A stretch of DNA of 34,777 nucleotides from a bacterium (GTDB lineage: Bacteria > Patescibacteriota > Minisyncoccia > Phycocordibacterales > PALSA-1337). The first letter of the stretch is position 1, and each line of letters begins with the position of its first letter. The notes under the pieces are model-generated. The model saw nothing but the letters and a program-made list of their open reading frames with translations, was not told where the DNA came from and did no database searches. The stretch is from NCBI GenBank assembly GCA_021782175.1, contig JAJXVL010000003.1, positions 1 through 34,777 on the forward strand. The letters run 5' to 3'. Positions 34,161 to 34,777 of this stretch are shown here, piece after piece. Made by a program: the position numbers and the translations under genes.

Positions 34161-34777
34161 ATGAAAAAAGTTATCTTCGCGACCGGCGTAGCCGTCTTGG
34201 CTCTCGCCACCGTCGTAGGAGCTCAGGGCTATACCTTCTCGGCTAACCTCACGGTTGGTTCGACGGGCTCTGACGTTGTTGCTTTGCAGACGGCTCTTAT
34301 GTCTGCTGGTTTCAACATTCCGGCCATTGCTTCGGGTGCTGCTGCCAAGGGTTACTTTGGTTCGCAGACTCAGGCCGCTGTTAAGCTTTACCAGGCTGCT
34401 CACGGTGTTCCGAATACCGGCTTCGTCGGTCCTCTGACTCGTGCGGCTTTGAACGGCAGTGCTTCAGCTTCGTCAGCCACTGGCTCGACCGTCGCTGTTG
34501 CTTGCCCGGCTGGTTACGTCTGCACGCCGGCTGCCGGCTCGACGACCACCACCACGACCACCGTCACTGGCGGCGCTACCGGCGGTATTACTACCCCGGG
34601 TGTCTCCGGTGTCATGACCGTGACCTCTGGCCCGCTCTCAAGCTCTGTCTTGAACGTCGGTCAGCAGAAGGTTGCCATTGAGACCGTTCGCGTTCAGGCT
34701 CAATACTCTGACATTGATGTCCAGAGCATCACCATGAACCTCGGTAGCAATACGTCTCGGAAGCATCGCCGTATAGG
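34161..34777 (+). CDS. Secreted peptidoglycan-binding (PG_binding_1) surface/S-layer-like protein, truncated by window end
   Basis: Manual translation: signal peptide MKKVIFATGVAVLALATVVGA, then FSANLTVGSTGSDVVALQTAL...GYFGSQTQAAVKLYQAAHGVPNTGFVGPLTRAALN, CPAGYVC and a Thr-rich linker. No stop, so absent from the ORF track. Confidence 0.85.
   Translation, partial: MKKVIFATGVAVLALATVVGAQGYTFSANLTVGSTGSDVVALQTALMSAGFNIPAIASGAAAKGYFGSQTQAAVKLYQAAHGVPNTGFVGPLTRAALNGSASASSATGSTVAVACPAGYVCTPAAGSTTTTTTTVTGGATGGITTPGVSGVMTVTSGPLSSSVLNVGQQKVAIETVRVQAQYSDIDVQSITMNLGSNTSRKHRRI

Noticed and set aside
34755-34777. Terminal residues SRKHRRI of the surface protein as real sequence
   Set aside because: Abrupt compositional change at the window end, with loose resemblance to Illumina adapter sequence (TCTCGG...TCGCCGTAT); possibly a contig-end artefact, so not interpreted.

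Overview
Bacterial chromosomal window of mostly housekeeping genes. Gene content and style point to Patescibacteria/CPR, probably Parcubacteria (inference). The pointers are secE-nusG-rplK with no rplA, an alpha2-type GlyRS, a type 2 IleRS, orphan type IV pilins, an almost complete lack of Shine-Dalgarno sites, and a PG-binding surface protein. Gene order: VKOR, SAM methyltransferase, an orphan, folD, a pilin, a SIMPL protein, secE (missed by the ORF track)-nusG-rplK, a complete thymidylate/one-carbon cluster (folA-like, dCMP deaminase, dut, thyA, tmk, glyA), argS, an orphan, a pilin-LamG fusion, ileS, recO, a large Ig-like membrane protein, glyQS, an orphan, an MBL hydrolase, an M16 peptidase, an AI-2E transporter, metG, rpsF-ssb-rpsR-recA, efp, an Ig-like protein, ftsK, a wHTH regulator and the 5' part of a surface protein. 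The most notable items are: (1) a ~280-nt multi-helix candidate ncRNA of unrecognised class, with its own promoter and terminator, between glyA and argS; (2) an IleRS with an intact histidine-phosphatase domain inserted, a swapped GIHH signature and a low-GC internal patch; (3) a -10 box 6-8 nt before the ATG in 13 genes, indicating leaderless transcripts; (4) two ~100-nt long-stem elements between convergent genes, one where rplA normally sits; (5) a perfect 34-bp palindrome sharing a core with the wHTH gene promoter; (6) a ~245-nt structured leader with a boxA-like motif. All calls were made by eye; no searches or folding programs were run.
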